Below are positions 10,379 through 18,593 of a stretch of DNA of 64,000 nt, piece after piece; positions within the stretch are counted from its first letter, which is position 1, and each line of letters opens with the position of its first letter. Made by a program: the position numbers and the translations under genes. The notes below the pieces were generated by a model. It was not told the origin of the DNA. It searched no databases and saw only the letters and a list, made by a program, of their open reading frames with translations. The stretch comes from Candidatus Yanofskybacteria bacterium RIFCSPLOWO2_01_FULL_42_49. Its GTDB lineage: Bacteria; Patescibacteriota; Minisyncoccia; 2-02-FULL-40-12; GWA2-44-9. The stretch lies in contig MGKI01000011.1 of NCBI GenBank assembly GCA_001795615.1, forward strand, positions 44,996 to 108,995, read 5' to 3'.

Positions 10379-10418
10379 TTGTCTCATAACCATGCCGATC
10401 GGAATTCTTATAAGACAA
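10379..10418. repeat. 40-bp 11-5-8-5-11 palindrome, copy 1
   Basis: TTGTCTCATAA-CCATG-CCGATCGG-AATTC-TTATAAGACAA. Confidence 0.9.
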
Positions 10419-10419
10419 C

Positions 10420-10445
10420 CCAAAAACCCCTTTCGGGGTTTTTGG
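10420..10445 (-). terminator. Intrinsic terminator after rnpB
   Basis: ccaaaaacccc-tttc-ggggtttttgg hairpin with T/A tracts. Confidence 0.7.
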
Positions 10446-10447
10446 GC

Positions 10448-10860
10448 CTGTGTTCAATAAGCCGAGTTCTGTCTGGTCTGCCTGTCGGCAGACAGGGGCA
10501 ATCATTTATCTGGGCCGCACATTACTGTGGGGCTCTAGCGAGCTAACTTTTCGAACCAGGCATTTTCTAAGTTTCCAAAGAAAGTGCCTGGAACGCTGCT
10601 CTTGCACTCGAGTAAGGATTTAGCCGTTTCATTCTCAACCTTTTATCCCCGGTTGAGACTAAGCTTATTAATGATTGTATCAATAATTCGGGATCAGCTT
10701 TCCTTCGCCTTTCGGCTCAGGACGTCTCTAATCGCACCTCTCGCATCACTGTGGACGGGTGTTACCCGCTACCCTGCTCCCTTCTTCGCATAAAGCTCCG
10801 AAGGGGAGTGCTCGGACTTTCCTCTCTTGCTTTTGGCGAGAGTAATTGCCTAAAACACAG
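10448..10860 (-). ncRNA. rnpB: RNase P RNA
   Basis: Minus strand has GAGGAAAGTCCGAGC, GGGTAACACCC, TGAAACGGCTAAATCC..GTGCAAG, AGATAAATGATTGC and ACAGAACTCGGCTTA; P1 ctgtgtt/aacacag. Ends approximate. Confidence 0.93.
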
Positions 10861-10951
10861 GATAATTTAATCATAACATTAAAAAAGTCAAAAAACAAGC
10901 GTTTGTTAGACAAACCCACCAAAGCAAAATGACAAGACAACAAGACACCAC

Positions 10952-10991
10952 TTGTCTCATAATCATGCCGACCGGAGTTGTTATAAGACAA
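10952..10991. repeat. 40-bp palindrome, copy 2 (17 bp after the stop of the Cas2-like gene)
   Basis: TTGTCTCATAA-TCATG-CCGACCGG-AGTTG-TTATAAGACAA. Confidence 0.9.
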
Positions 10992-11008
10992 GTTAGGTGG
11001 AAGGAAAT

Positions 11009-11542
11009 TTATAAACCAAAGGTTTTTAATAGTTCCTCCTCTTTAAAACCGGCGGACTGAGCGATCAGAATATCTATATAATCGCTCACGCCTAATCTAC
11101 CTGCAATGTCCGCAATTTCTTCCTCACACGGATAAGGAAAAATAAACACACTTTTTTGAATCATTTCAAACCCAAGCAACTTGATTTTCTTTCGAAAATT
11201 AACTCTTTCTTTATGCATCTCTTCCGGAATATCAAAAACGATTAACCGCCATTTTTTATCCCACTTGCCTCTAACTTTATTCTTAAAATATTTTTTTATA
11301 GAAGTATCAAGCCATTTTCGGCCTTTATTTGTAAAAACAAAACAGTCGTTATTTTTGTTTTTTATGATTCCCCGTCGCTCAAGATTTTTAAACCCCACAT
11401 ATTTTTTTCTAGTTTTGTAGCCATAAATATTAAAATCACTATATCTACAACCCTTATAAGGGATCCTGCTCCAGCCGATACCTATATCTCTGACAACATG
11501 GGCAAGTTCTGTTAAAAATTTAATTACAAAATCTCCTTTCAT
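11009..11542 (-). CDS. PaaX-type protein: degenerate winged helix plus Cas2-like domain, stand-alone
   Basis: LERRGIIK..FVFTNKG (wHTH wing); KWDKKWRLIVFDIPE..R..FRKKIKLLGFEMIQKSVF (Cas2-like/PaaX central domain). Confidence 0.82.
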   Translation of the reverse strand: MKGDFVIKFLTELAHVVRDIGIGWSRIPYKGCRYSDFNIYGYKTRKKYVGFKNLERRGIIKNKNNDCFVFTNKGRKWLDTSIKKYFKNKVRGKWDKKWRLIVFDIPEEMHKERVNFRKKIKLLGFEMIQKSVFIFPYPCEEEIADIAGRLGVSDYIDILIAQSAGFKEEELLKTFGL

Positions 11543-11547
11543 AAAAT

Positions 11548-11587
11548 TTGTCTCATAAAGGTTCCGATCGGTATTATTATAAGATAA
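11548..11587. repeat. 40-bp palindrome, copy 3 (5 bp before the start of the Cas2-like gene)
   Basis: TTGTCTCATAA-AGGTT-CCGATCGG-TATTA-TTATAAGATAA. Confidence 0.9.
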
Positions 11588-11634
11588 TTATTAGTAGTTA
11601 CAAATTGATAGTTATAATGTTACAACAACAAATA

Positions 11635-12072
11635 TTACAACGCTAACTTGTTGGTTTCCTTGTCTAAAATCTGGTTGGCTATCCGGTCAGCCTCGATGTT
11701 TTTCTCTCTGAAAATATGTTTGAAAACGACTTCCCCAAAATCAGTTTTTAAGTTCCACACCTCCAGAAAAAGACCCTGAATGTTTTTGTCTTTTACTTTG
11801 TATTCTCCATTCAACTGCCTCTCCAAGAGCTCACTGTCAACATGGATCTCAACCCTTGAGTCCTTTGCTTTCTCGCTGCCAATGAGGTGCTTTAATTTTT
11901 TCAACGCCAAAATGACCGCCTGATATTCGGCTTCATTGTTCGTAACCTCTCCCAGATATTCCCCGCCGTTCTTTTTGCCGATTATTCCCCCCTCCAATGT
12001 AAAACCTGCCGCCGCCGGCCCGGGATTGCCTCTCGCTCCCCCATCGGTATGAATTAAAAATTTATATTTCAT
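11635..12072 (-). CDS. rnhA: Ribonuclease HI family protein
   Basis: TDGGARGNPGPAA, TNNEAEYQA, DSELLERQLNGEYKVK, REKNIEAD; start placed at MKYKF. Confidence 0.88.
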   Translation of the reverse strand: MKYKFLIHTDGGARGNPGPAAAGFTLEGGIIGKKNGGEYLGEVTNNEAEYQAVILALKKLKHLIGSEKAKDSRVEIHVDSELLERQLNGEYKVKDKNIQGLFLEVWNLKTDFGEVVFKHIFREKNIEADRIANQILDKETNKLAL

Positions 12073-12952
12073 TGTTTTGTTTAACAATTTTCCAAGGAAA
12101 ATCGCATTGACTATTTACTCTAAAACCGGCTGCTCCTTTATGCCCCCCTCCGCCATATTTTTTTGCGATTTCAGAAACATCAACGCTTCCGCCAGATCTC
12201 AAAGAAACAGTGATTTTGCCTTCGGACCAACTCCAAACAATCGCCAAAGGTGGTTTTTCTTTGCACAAAAAGTTTCCCATCTGTGAAGCAAAAAAATGAG
12301 GAGCATTTACAGCATACACTTCGTGTCCCTCGAAAATAACCACTTCTTTATTAGAACTGGTGATATCTTCTATGACTTTATTTTCATACCTCTGAATCAA
12401 TTTGCCTTGTTCAATATATTTACGACGCGTATTCTCGTCTTCAAGTTCTTCGGCCAATTTGCCCCATGTCTCAAAATTCTTATCAAATGTGTCCAGCATT
12501 AAGCCCATGGCAAAAGTGTCTGGCAACTCCAATTTCCACATGTCTCGGTCCCCAATATATCTTAACAACCACGGCACAGATAAATCCGGATAAAAATATT
12601 GCCAAGCGAGAACGGCGCCAGAACGATCCATCTCATAGACGTATTCATGAGCCATTTTAACCGATTCTTCGGCGCTTTTATGGTGGTCTATCACGACAAT
12701 TTTTTTATTATTTTTAACCACTTCGGCCATTACCTCTTTGTGAAAAGAAAAATCAAGAATATAAATTTCTTTATTAATTAAACCGTCGGGTATTAGTTCT
12801 CCGTGGCTGACCCTAAAGTAATCGGCATTCTCGCCAAACTTCTTCCAAGCAGCCCAGGCCGCGCTAAAACCATCCGGGCATTCGCCATGATAGATTATCA
12901 CAACATCTTTGGTAATTTTAAATTTTTGTTCTGTCATTTTGATTTTTGACAT
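12062..12952 (-). CDS. DHH/DHHA1 family phosphoesterase
   Basis: YHGECPDG, ILDFS, IDHH, SLRS..DVSEIAKKYGGGGHKGAAGF. Confidence 0.9.
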   Translation of the reverse strand: MSKIKMTEQKFKITKDVVIIYHGECPDGFSAAWAAWKKFGENADYFRVSHGELIPDGLINKEIYILDFSFHKEVMAEVVKNNKKIVVIDHHKSAEESVKMAHEYVYEMDRSGAVLAWQYFYPDLSVPWLLRYIGDRDMWKLELPDTFAMGLMLDTFDKNFETWGKLAEELEDENTRRKYIEQGKLIQRYENKVIEDITSSNKEVVIFEGHEVYAVNAPHFFASQMGNFLCKEKPPLAIVWSWSEGKITVSLRSGGSVDVSEIAKKYGGGGHKGAAGFRVNSQCDFPWKIVKQNNEI

Positions 12953-12980
12953 TTAATTTTTGATACTTTCTCCGCTCTTC

Positions 12981-14135
12981 CTACTGCGCTGACTTATAGT
13001 ATCCCAATGCTTCAAGCCCCGGCAGTTTTTCTCCGGCCAAGAATGCCAGCATTGCTCCCCCGCCGGTGGAGACGAAGTTTCCGCCAGAGGCGGATCCGCC
13101 TTCGGCGGAAAATTTATCAAAAATTTTGAATTTTGAAACTGCAGCAATTGTATCACCACCCCCGACTATTTTGTAAGCTTTGGACTCAACGATAGCTTCG
13201 GCAATTTTCTGGGTACCCATAGCAAAAGCCGAATTTTCAAAAAGTCCCATCGGCCCGTTCCATATTACCATAGACGCACCACCGATTGCATCAGCATATC
13301 TCTTTATCGTCTTTTCTCCTATATCAAGTATCTTATTGTCAAAAACAACAAAATCCTCCGGAATTAGAAGCTGGGAACTATCCAGGTCAAGACCAGCAAG
13401 AAGCTCCTTTGAATTCTCGTCCACAACTGAACTGCCCATGTCCTGGCCTTTTTCTTTAAGCACATCGTTTGCAACTACGCCACCAAGCAATATCTTTTCG
13501 GCTTTGTCTACAAAATTCTTGATAACCGACACCTTTGTTTCCGTTTTCGCTCCACCGATAATTATTATCTTTCCTAATTTAGAAGCATAAATTGCTTTTC
13601 GAAGTTGAACCGTCTCTTCCTGCACCAATAATCCGGCAAAACTTGGCAAAAATTCGGTTATGGCTGATACGGAAGCGTGGTCGCGATGACAAACCGCAAA
13701 ATTGTTATTAATGTAAATATCAAACCCCTTTGATAAGCTCAGGGCAAGCCCTTTATCATTTTCTTTTTCTCCGGATCCAGCAACTGCCGGATTGCGAATA
13801 TTATCCAAGAGACCGACACCCGGGTAGTTAGCAAGGTGCCCTTCAATGTCTTCGATATTTTTGATAAATACCACTTCGCGTCCCAGAAGGATATGAAGTT
13901 GGGGAATAAGATTGGAAAAAGAACTATCATCTTCGTGAAGGTGGGTAATCATTACCACCTTAGCTCCACGCTCAACTAGCCAGTCAATCATCACCTTTTG
14001 TTTCTTAATTCTAAACGATTCCGTGATTTCAGTAGCACACCCGCCTTCGCCAAGGCTTCGGACGGGCATGTCAAAATCAACCCTTAATAAAACTTTTTTG
14101 TTTTTTAAATCGGGAATATCGAGGACAGTTTTCAT
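12981..14135 (-). CDS. pgk: Phosphoglycerate kinase (three short in-frame insertions)
   Basis: KKVLLRVDF, IIGGAK, WNGPMGLFE, VGGGDT, VSTGGGAMLAFLAGEKLPG. Confidence 0.93.
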   Translation of the reverse strand: MKTVLDIPDLKNKKVLLRVDFDMPVRSLGEGGCATEITESFRIKKQKVMIDWLVERGAKVVMITHLHEDDSSFSNLIPQLHILLGREVVFIKNIEDIEGHLANYPGVGLLDNIRNPAVAGSGEKENDKGLALSLSKGFDIYINNNFAVCHRDHASVSAITEFLPSFAGLLVQEETVQLRKAIYASKLGKIIIIGGAKTETKVSVIKNFVDKAEKILLGGVVANDVLKEKGQDMGSSVVDENSKELLAGLDLDSSQLLIPEDFVVFDNKILDIGEKTIKRYADAIGGASMVIWNGPMGLFENSAFAMGTQKIAEAIVESKAYKIVGGGDTIAAVSKFKIFDKFSAEGGSASGGNFVSTGGGAMLAFLAGEKLPGLEALGYYKSAQ

Positions 14136-14935
14136 AAAATTTTTGAAACAGTGGCTAAAATTTTTACAAACTCTTCTTTATTTACACTTGCACCGCCTAC
14201 CAAAACACCGTCAAATTGATTATTTTGTAAAAATTCCCGGGCATTAGCAGAAGTGATGGAACCGCCATATAAATAGGTCTTAGGTTTTAGGTTATAGGTT
14301 TTAGATAAAACTTCTTTGATTATAAATATTGACTCCGCAGCACTTTCGGGGGTATCGGAACGGGCGCCGGGAGTCGTGCTTATCGCCCAGACCGGCTCAT
14401 AGGCAATGATACACCGTGTGACTTCATCAGCCGAAAGACCGGCAAAAGTTGCTTCGACTTGTTTTTTTATGAAATCCTTCCAGCCGGAGGCTGGTTCGCC
14501 TTCGGCGGAAAAATCTCTTTCTCTCTCGCCTATGCAGACTATCGGTACCATTTCATTCCTTAAGACGGCCTTAAGTTTTTTATTTACCGTTTCGTTAGAC
14601 TCGTTTAACTTCCATCTTCTTTCGGAGTGGCCAACAATGACATATCCCACACCGAGTTTGCACAACATCGATCCAGAGACCTCGCCGGTTAGAGCCGTTT
14701 TGTCGTCTATCGATATGTCCTGCGCGCCAAGTTCCGCCTGATGTTCCAAGTGTGATGTTTTTAAAATCTTTCCGACTTCCTCAGTAAAAACAAAGGGGGG
14801 ACAAAATATCAGTCCGAATCTTTCGGCTTCCGATAAAGAACCGAGGTATTTGTCAGCCGAATCCAGAATCTCGACCGCTTCGGCCAGCGAATCGGGATGA
14901 TTCTTCCAATTGGCCACAATCAGTTGTTTAGTCAT
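14132..14935 (-). CDS. tpiA: Triosephosphate isomerase
   Basis: VANWKN, TGEVS, VGHSERR, IAYEPVWAI, YGGS, LVGGAS. Confidence 0.95.
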   Translation of the reverse strand: MTKQLIVANWKNHPDSLAEAVEILDSADKYLGSLSEAERFGLIFCPPFVFTEEVGKILKTSHLEHQAELGAQDISIDDKTALTGEVSGSMLCKLGVGYVIVGHSERRWKLNESNETVNKKLKAVLRNEMVPIVCIGERERDFSAEGEPASGWKDFIKKQVEATFAGLSADEVTRCIIAYEPVWAISTTPGARSDTPESAAESIFIIKEVLSKTYNLKPKTYLYGGSITSANAREFLQNNQFDGVLVGGASVNKEEFVKILATVSKIL

Positions 14936-15554
14936 GAGTTAAGTGCCTCTTTGTTTTATGGCGATATATATACCATATTACCAAAACAATCAACAAAACG
15001 GCCAAAATATAATTAAACTTTTCAAAATAAGTCAGCAATTTTTGAATATAGTCATCCGCTTTAAAACCGACATAGACATACAAAAAATTGAGAGGCATTG
15101 ATCCTAAAAAAGTAAAAAGCGAAAACTTTGATAAGTTCATTCTTGATATGCCGGCTGGAATCGGAATAACACTTCGCGAAGAAGGCAAGACATAGCCCCA
15201 AAAAACGATTTTATCGCCGTATTTCAAAAACAACCTATCTAAATGCCCAAGTTCGTGTTGAGTTATCAAAAAATACTTTCCATACCTTTCTAAAAACGGC
15301 CTGCCACCCTTCATAAAAATGAAATAAAGAGCCAGATTGCCAAAAAAGTTGCCAAGAGTCACCCACACCATAACGGGCCAAAAAGAAAATTTTCCCTGGC
15401 CGACAAGTATCCCGAAAGCCGGCAAAATTATTTCCGCCGGAATAAGAAATATGGTTAACCTATCCAAGAGAGATGCCCAAAAAACACCGGCGTAGCCAAG
15501 AGATCCAAGAAATCCGACAGCTTTATCTATGGAAGAGGACAGAATTTCAAACAT
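14928..15554 (-). CDS. DedA family membrane protein
   Basis: IPAEIILP..G, YGKYF, F.KYG..IVF, IPIPAGISRM. Confidence 0.88.
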   Translation of the reverse strand: MFEILSSSIDKAVGFLGSLGYAGVFWASLLDRLTIFLIPAEIILPAFGILVGQGKFSFWPVMVWVTLGNFFGNLALYFIFMKGGRPFLERYGKYFLITQHELGHLDRLFLKYGDKIVFWGYVLPSSRSVIPIPAGISRMNLSKFSLFTFLGSMPLNFLYVYVGFKADDYIQKLLTYFEKFNYILAVLLIVLVIWYIYRHKTKRHLTHD

Positions 15555-15569
15555 GGTTCAACAAGCTCA

Positions 15570-16598
15570 CTATAAATTAGTTTCTCTTAACAATTTTGCC
15601 GCTTCGTCCGGATCAACCGTATTTACAAACACGTTCGTCCCCAGCTCCATTCCCGCCGCAATGGAAAAACGAGGCATTATCTCAATGTGCCAGTGATAAA
15701 AATCATAAAGACCGGAACTGTCCTTTTTAATCGGCGAAGTGTGGACGAAAAATGTGTAGTCGGGGTTGTTAAGCGCAACATACAACTTTTTTAAAGTCTT
15801 GTTTAAAATTTCCGCCAAGAGCATAAAATCTTCATCTTTTGTATCCCCGAAATTGGAATTTTTCTTTTTGGGGAATATCCTTACCTCATAAGGAGTGCGG
15901 CTTACGAAAGGACAAAGGGCAATAAATTTTTCATTTTCGTAAATAATTCTTTTGTTCTGGTCTGCCTCCCACTCTAAAAGCATCTCATGGATTTTCTCCC
16001 CCGTTCTCTCAAAAAATTCTTTCGCTCCTTTAATATTCTTCAAAATACCCGGCGGTATTATGGGCATGGATAAAATCTGGGAATGGTTGTGGTAAACAGT
16101 TGCCCCGGCGAAGAAACCGTGATTGTGAAATATCAATACATAGTCACCGCATTCGTCTTGAGATATGGAGTTGTACCGGTCTTTATAAACCCTAAGCACT
16201 TCCGCCGTTTCTTCGTCCGTAAATTGAGCAAAACTTTTATCATGGTCACGGGTAATAACAAGCTCATGGAATCCAAAACCGTCTGCGACTAAAAAGGGGC
16301 CGATGTTCCGAGGCGGCACGCAAAACCCGTCGGCAAGAGCCGGATACTTATTCTTTACAACTTGAGTCGTCCACTCCCTGGCAGATTCCTTTTCCCAGAC
16401 AACTTTTTGACCTTTATTGTAAACAAGAATCGGATCTCTATGGTCTGACCTTTGGGGATCTTCAAAGGGACAGGTTTCTTTGTCTTGATAAAGCTGACTA
16501 TGTTTAGTGGTCTCTTGGGGACTTGGTTTTTTAGCTCTTTCGGTAGAAATTAAAACCCAGTCGCCGGAAACAATATCTTGTCGGAATTCATTGAGCAT
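15570..16598 (-). CDS. galT: Galactose-1-phosphate uridylyltransferase (GalT)-like HIT protein
   Basis: RQDIVSGDWV..ERAKKP, CPF, NKYPAL, AGATVYHNHSQ, HWHIEIMPR..AGMELGT. Confidence 0.82.
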   Translation of the reverse strand: MLNEFRQDIVSGDWVLISTERAKKPSPQETTKHSQLYQDKETCPFEDPQRSDHRDPILVYNKGQKVVWEKESAREWTTQVVKNKYPALADGFCVPPRNIGPFLVADGFGFHELVITRDHDKSFAQFTDEETAEVLRVYKDRYNSISQDECGDYVLIFHNHGFFAGATVYHNHSQILSMPIIPPGILKNIKGAKEFFERTGEKIHEMLLEWEADQNKRIIYENEKFIALCPFVSRTPYEVRIFPKKKNSNFGDTKDEDFMLLAEILNKTLKKLYVALNNPDYTFFVHTSPIKKDSSGLYDFYHWHIEIMPRFSIAAGMELGTNVFVNTVDPDEAAKLLRETNL

Positions 16599-16610
16599 CG
16601 CTTCGCTTGT

Positions 16611-16693
16611 GTAATACGAATTTTACAAATATCACACGAATACTGCGAATAATTCGTGGTATTCGTATACCATTCGTAGTATTCAGATTATGT
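16611..16693. repeat. 9-mer inverted array, copy 2
   Basis: gtaatacgaattttacaaatatcacacgaatactgcgaataattcgtggtattcgtataccattcgtagtattc. Confidence 0.85.
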
Positions 16694-17412
16694 TAATCGT
16701 ACTTGCCAGTCATCAGATTCCATCTTATTTTAACTGTTTCCATAAGAACTTGGAAATACGCTTTTAGGCCGACATGGGACTCGGCGGCATTTTTCCAATC
16801 AACGGGAACTTCTTTTATCTTGTAGCCGAACTTCCTTGCCAAAGCAAGCACCTCGACATCAAATCCCCATCTTTCAATCGTAAGTTTGGGAAATATTTTC
16901 TCTGCCGCTTCGGCAGTGAAAAGTTTAAATCCTCTTTGGGTATCATTTATCCCGGGCACAGCCATAATTTGAATGAATAAATTGCCCATTTTACCAAAAA
17001 GACGGCGCCAGGCCGGTTCGCTTCCGGCGGCAACTTTATGGCCTGAAATAGCTATGGAACCGATAACCACTGAGTATCCTTCGCTTATATAAGGAATGAA
17101 CTTCTCCAAATGGTCCATAGAAGTTGAGTTATCAGCATCAGTGAAAAGACGCAGATCGCCGCTTGCTTTGGTCATGCCTTGCTTTACAGCATAACCCTTG
17201 CCACGGTTTATTTCGTAATCAAGAAGTTGAAGTGTTGAAAGCTCGGTTTTTAACAAACGGACAATATCATTGGTCTTATCTTTTGATCCGTCGGTAACAA
17301 CTAAAATTTCATGATCAATGTTTTTATCTTTCAGATAACAAAAAATGGGCCTGATAGTCTTTTCAATATTCTTCTCCTCATTGTAAGCAGGAATGATGAC
17401 GGATAAAAACAT
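16693..17412 (-). CDS. Glycosyltransferase family 2 (dolichyl-phosphate glucosyltransferase-like)
   Basis: LSVIIPAYNEE, DGSKD, NRGKG, FTDAD, DTQRGFKLF, WGFDVE; start placed at MFLSV. Confidence 0.9.
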   Translation of the reverse strand: MFLSVIIPAYNEEKNIEKTIRPIFCYLKDKNIDHEILVVTDGSKDKTNDIVRLLKTELSTLQLLDYEINRGKGYAVKQGMTKASGDLRLFTDADNSTSMDHLEKFIPYISEGYSVVIGSIAISGHKVAAGSEPAWRRLFGKMGNLFIQIMAVPGINDTQRGFKLFTAEAAEKIFPKLTIERWGFDVEVLALARKFGYKIKEVPVDWKNAAESHVGLKAYFQVLMETVKIRWNLMTGKYD

Positions 17413-17429
17413 ATAAATTATAATAACCA

Positions 17430-17582
17430 ACGGTCAATATCTAATACCAAATAACCAATAACCAACATCCAATAAAACAATTAAAAAATATTTTAAATAA
17501 CCAAACCCGTAATTGTTTTAAACATTATATAATCGTTTATTTATTGGTTATTGGTGATTGAATATTGGTTATTTGTTAATTA
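17430..17582. repeat. Inverted 7-mer array (accaata...tattggt), no cargo
   Basis: ataccaaataaccaataaccaacatccaata...ttattggttattggtgattgaatattggttatttg. Confidence 0.75.
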
Positions 17583-17643
17583 TTCAGTAGCTTTAATCTA
17601 TCACAATTTGACCCTTTATTCAAACTCGCATAATCTTAATTGA

Positions 17644-18522
17644 ATGACTGGAGAAATTGCTCAAATACCTCTCGATAACAAATACTACCCAAAATTACTG
17701 GCTCAAATTCCTGACCCTCCGAAAAAATTGTACTGCCGGGGAAACTTAAATCTGCTGGACAGCGAATGTTTTGCCGTAGTCGGAACAAGAAAATTAACTT
17801 CTTACGGGAAAGAAGCTGCGCAAAAAATCACCACTGGTTTGGTTCAGTCCGGATTTACAATAGTAAGCGGGCTGGCAATGGGTATTGACGCCGTGGCCCA
17901 TCAGACGACCTTAAATAACGGCGGCAAAACAATTGCCGTGCTGGGAGGCGGGGTTGACGATAAAAGCATTGGCCCTCAAATAAATTTTAAGTTGGCAATA
18001 GATATTTTAAAAAATCACGGTCTAATAATATCCGAGTATCCTGAAGGATTTCATGCCAACGAAAAAACCTTCCCTCAAAGAAACAGGATAATAAGCGGGC
18101 TATCGAGAGGCATATTGGTTATTGAGGCAGACGAGAAAAGCGGAGCGTTAATAACCGCTCACTGCGCCCTTGATCAAAACCGTGATGTTTTTGCCATACC
18201 GGGAAGTATTTTTTCTTCCAAGTCATTCGGACCAAATGAACTAATTAAAAGGGGGGCGAAATCGGTCACATCGGTTCAGGATATAATCGACGAATATGGT
18301 TACAACTTGAATATTTTTGATAAAAAGCGTAATACTATATCCACAAATAATCCTGTCGAGAAAAGTATTATTGCTATACTTGAAGAGAAGGGGGAAGCCA
18401 CCATGGATGAAATGATAAGAGAATCTGCGGAAGAAACTTCAAAAACAATCGCGACAATATCAACACTTGAAATGCGAGGAATAATAAAAGAAACGGGAAA
18501 TGGAAAATACAGAATAGCATAA
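17644..18522 (+). CDS. dprA: DNA-processing protein DprA
   Basis: AVVGTR, IVSGLAMGID, FPQRNRIISGLS, SGALITA. Confidence 0.95.
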   Translation: MTGEIAQIPLDNKYYPKLLAQIPDPPKKLYCRGNLNLLDSECFAVVGTRKLTSYGKEAAQKITTGLVQSGFTIVSGLAMGIDAVAHQTTLNNGGKTIAVLGGGVDDKSIGPQINFKLAIDILKNHGLIISEYPEGFHANEKTFPQRNRIISGLSRGILVIEADEKSGALITAHCALDQNRDVFAIPGSIFSSKSFGPNELIKRGAKSVTSVQDIIDEYGYNLNIFDKKRNTISTNNPVEKSIIAILEEKGEATMDEMIRESAEETSKTIATISTLEMRGIIKETGNGKYRIA

Positions 18523-18526
18523 ATAT

Positions 18527-18590
18527 AATACGAATGCCACGAATAGTTATTCGCAGTATTCGTGTGATATTCGTAGAATTCGTATTACAC
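18527..18590. repeat. 9-mer inverted array, copy 3 (reverse orientation on +, like its operon)
   Basis: aatacgaatgccacgaatagttattcgcagtattcgtgtgatattcgtagaattcgtattacac. Confidence 0.85.
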
Positions 18591-18593
18591 TTT

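Noticed and set aside
10284-10991. ORFs 10284-10505, 10584-10793 and 10746-10991
   Set aside because: They overlap rnpB, its terminator and the 40-bp repeats; the shared RH.YET peptide is just the repeat translated.
10379-11587. CRISPR array (40-bp palindromic repeats next to a Cas2-like gene)
   Set aside because: Repeats start 573 and 596 bp apart, enclose whole genes and differ internally; no cas1 or effector genes.
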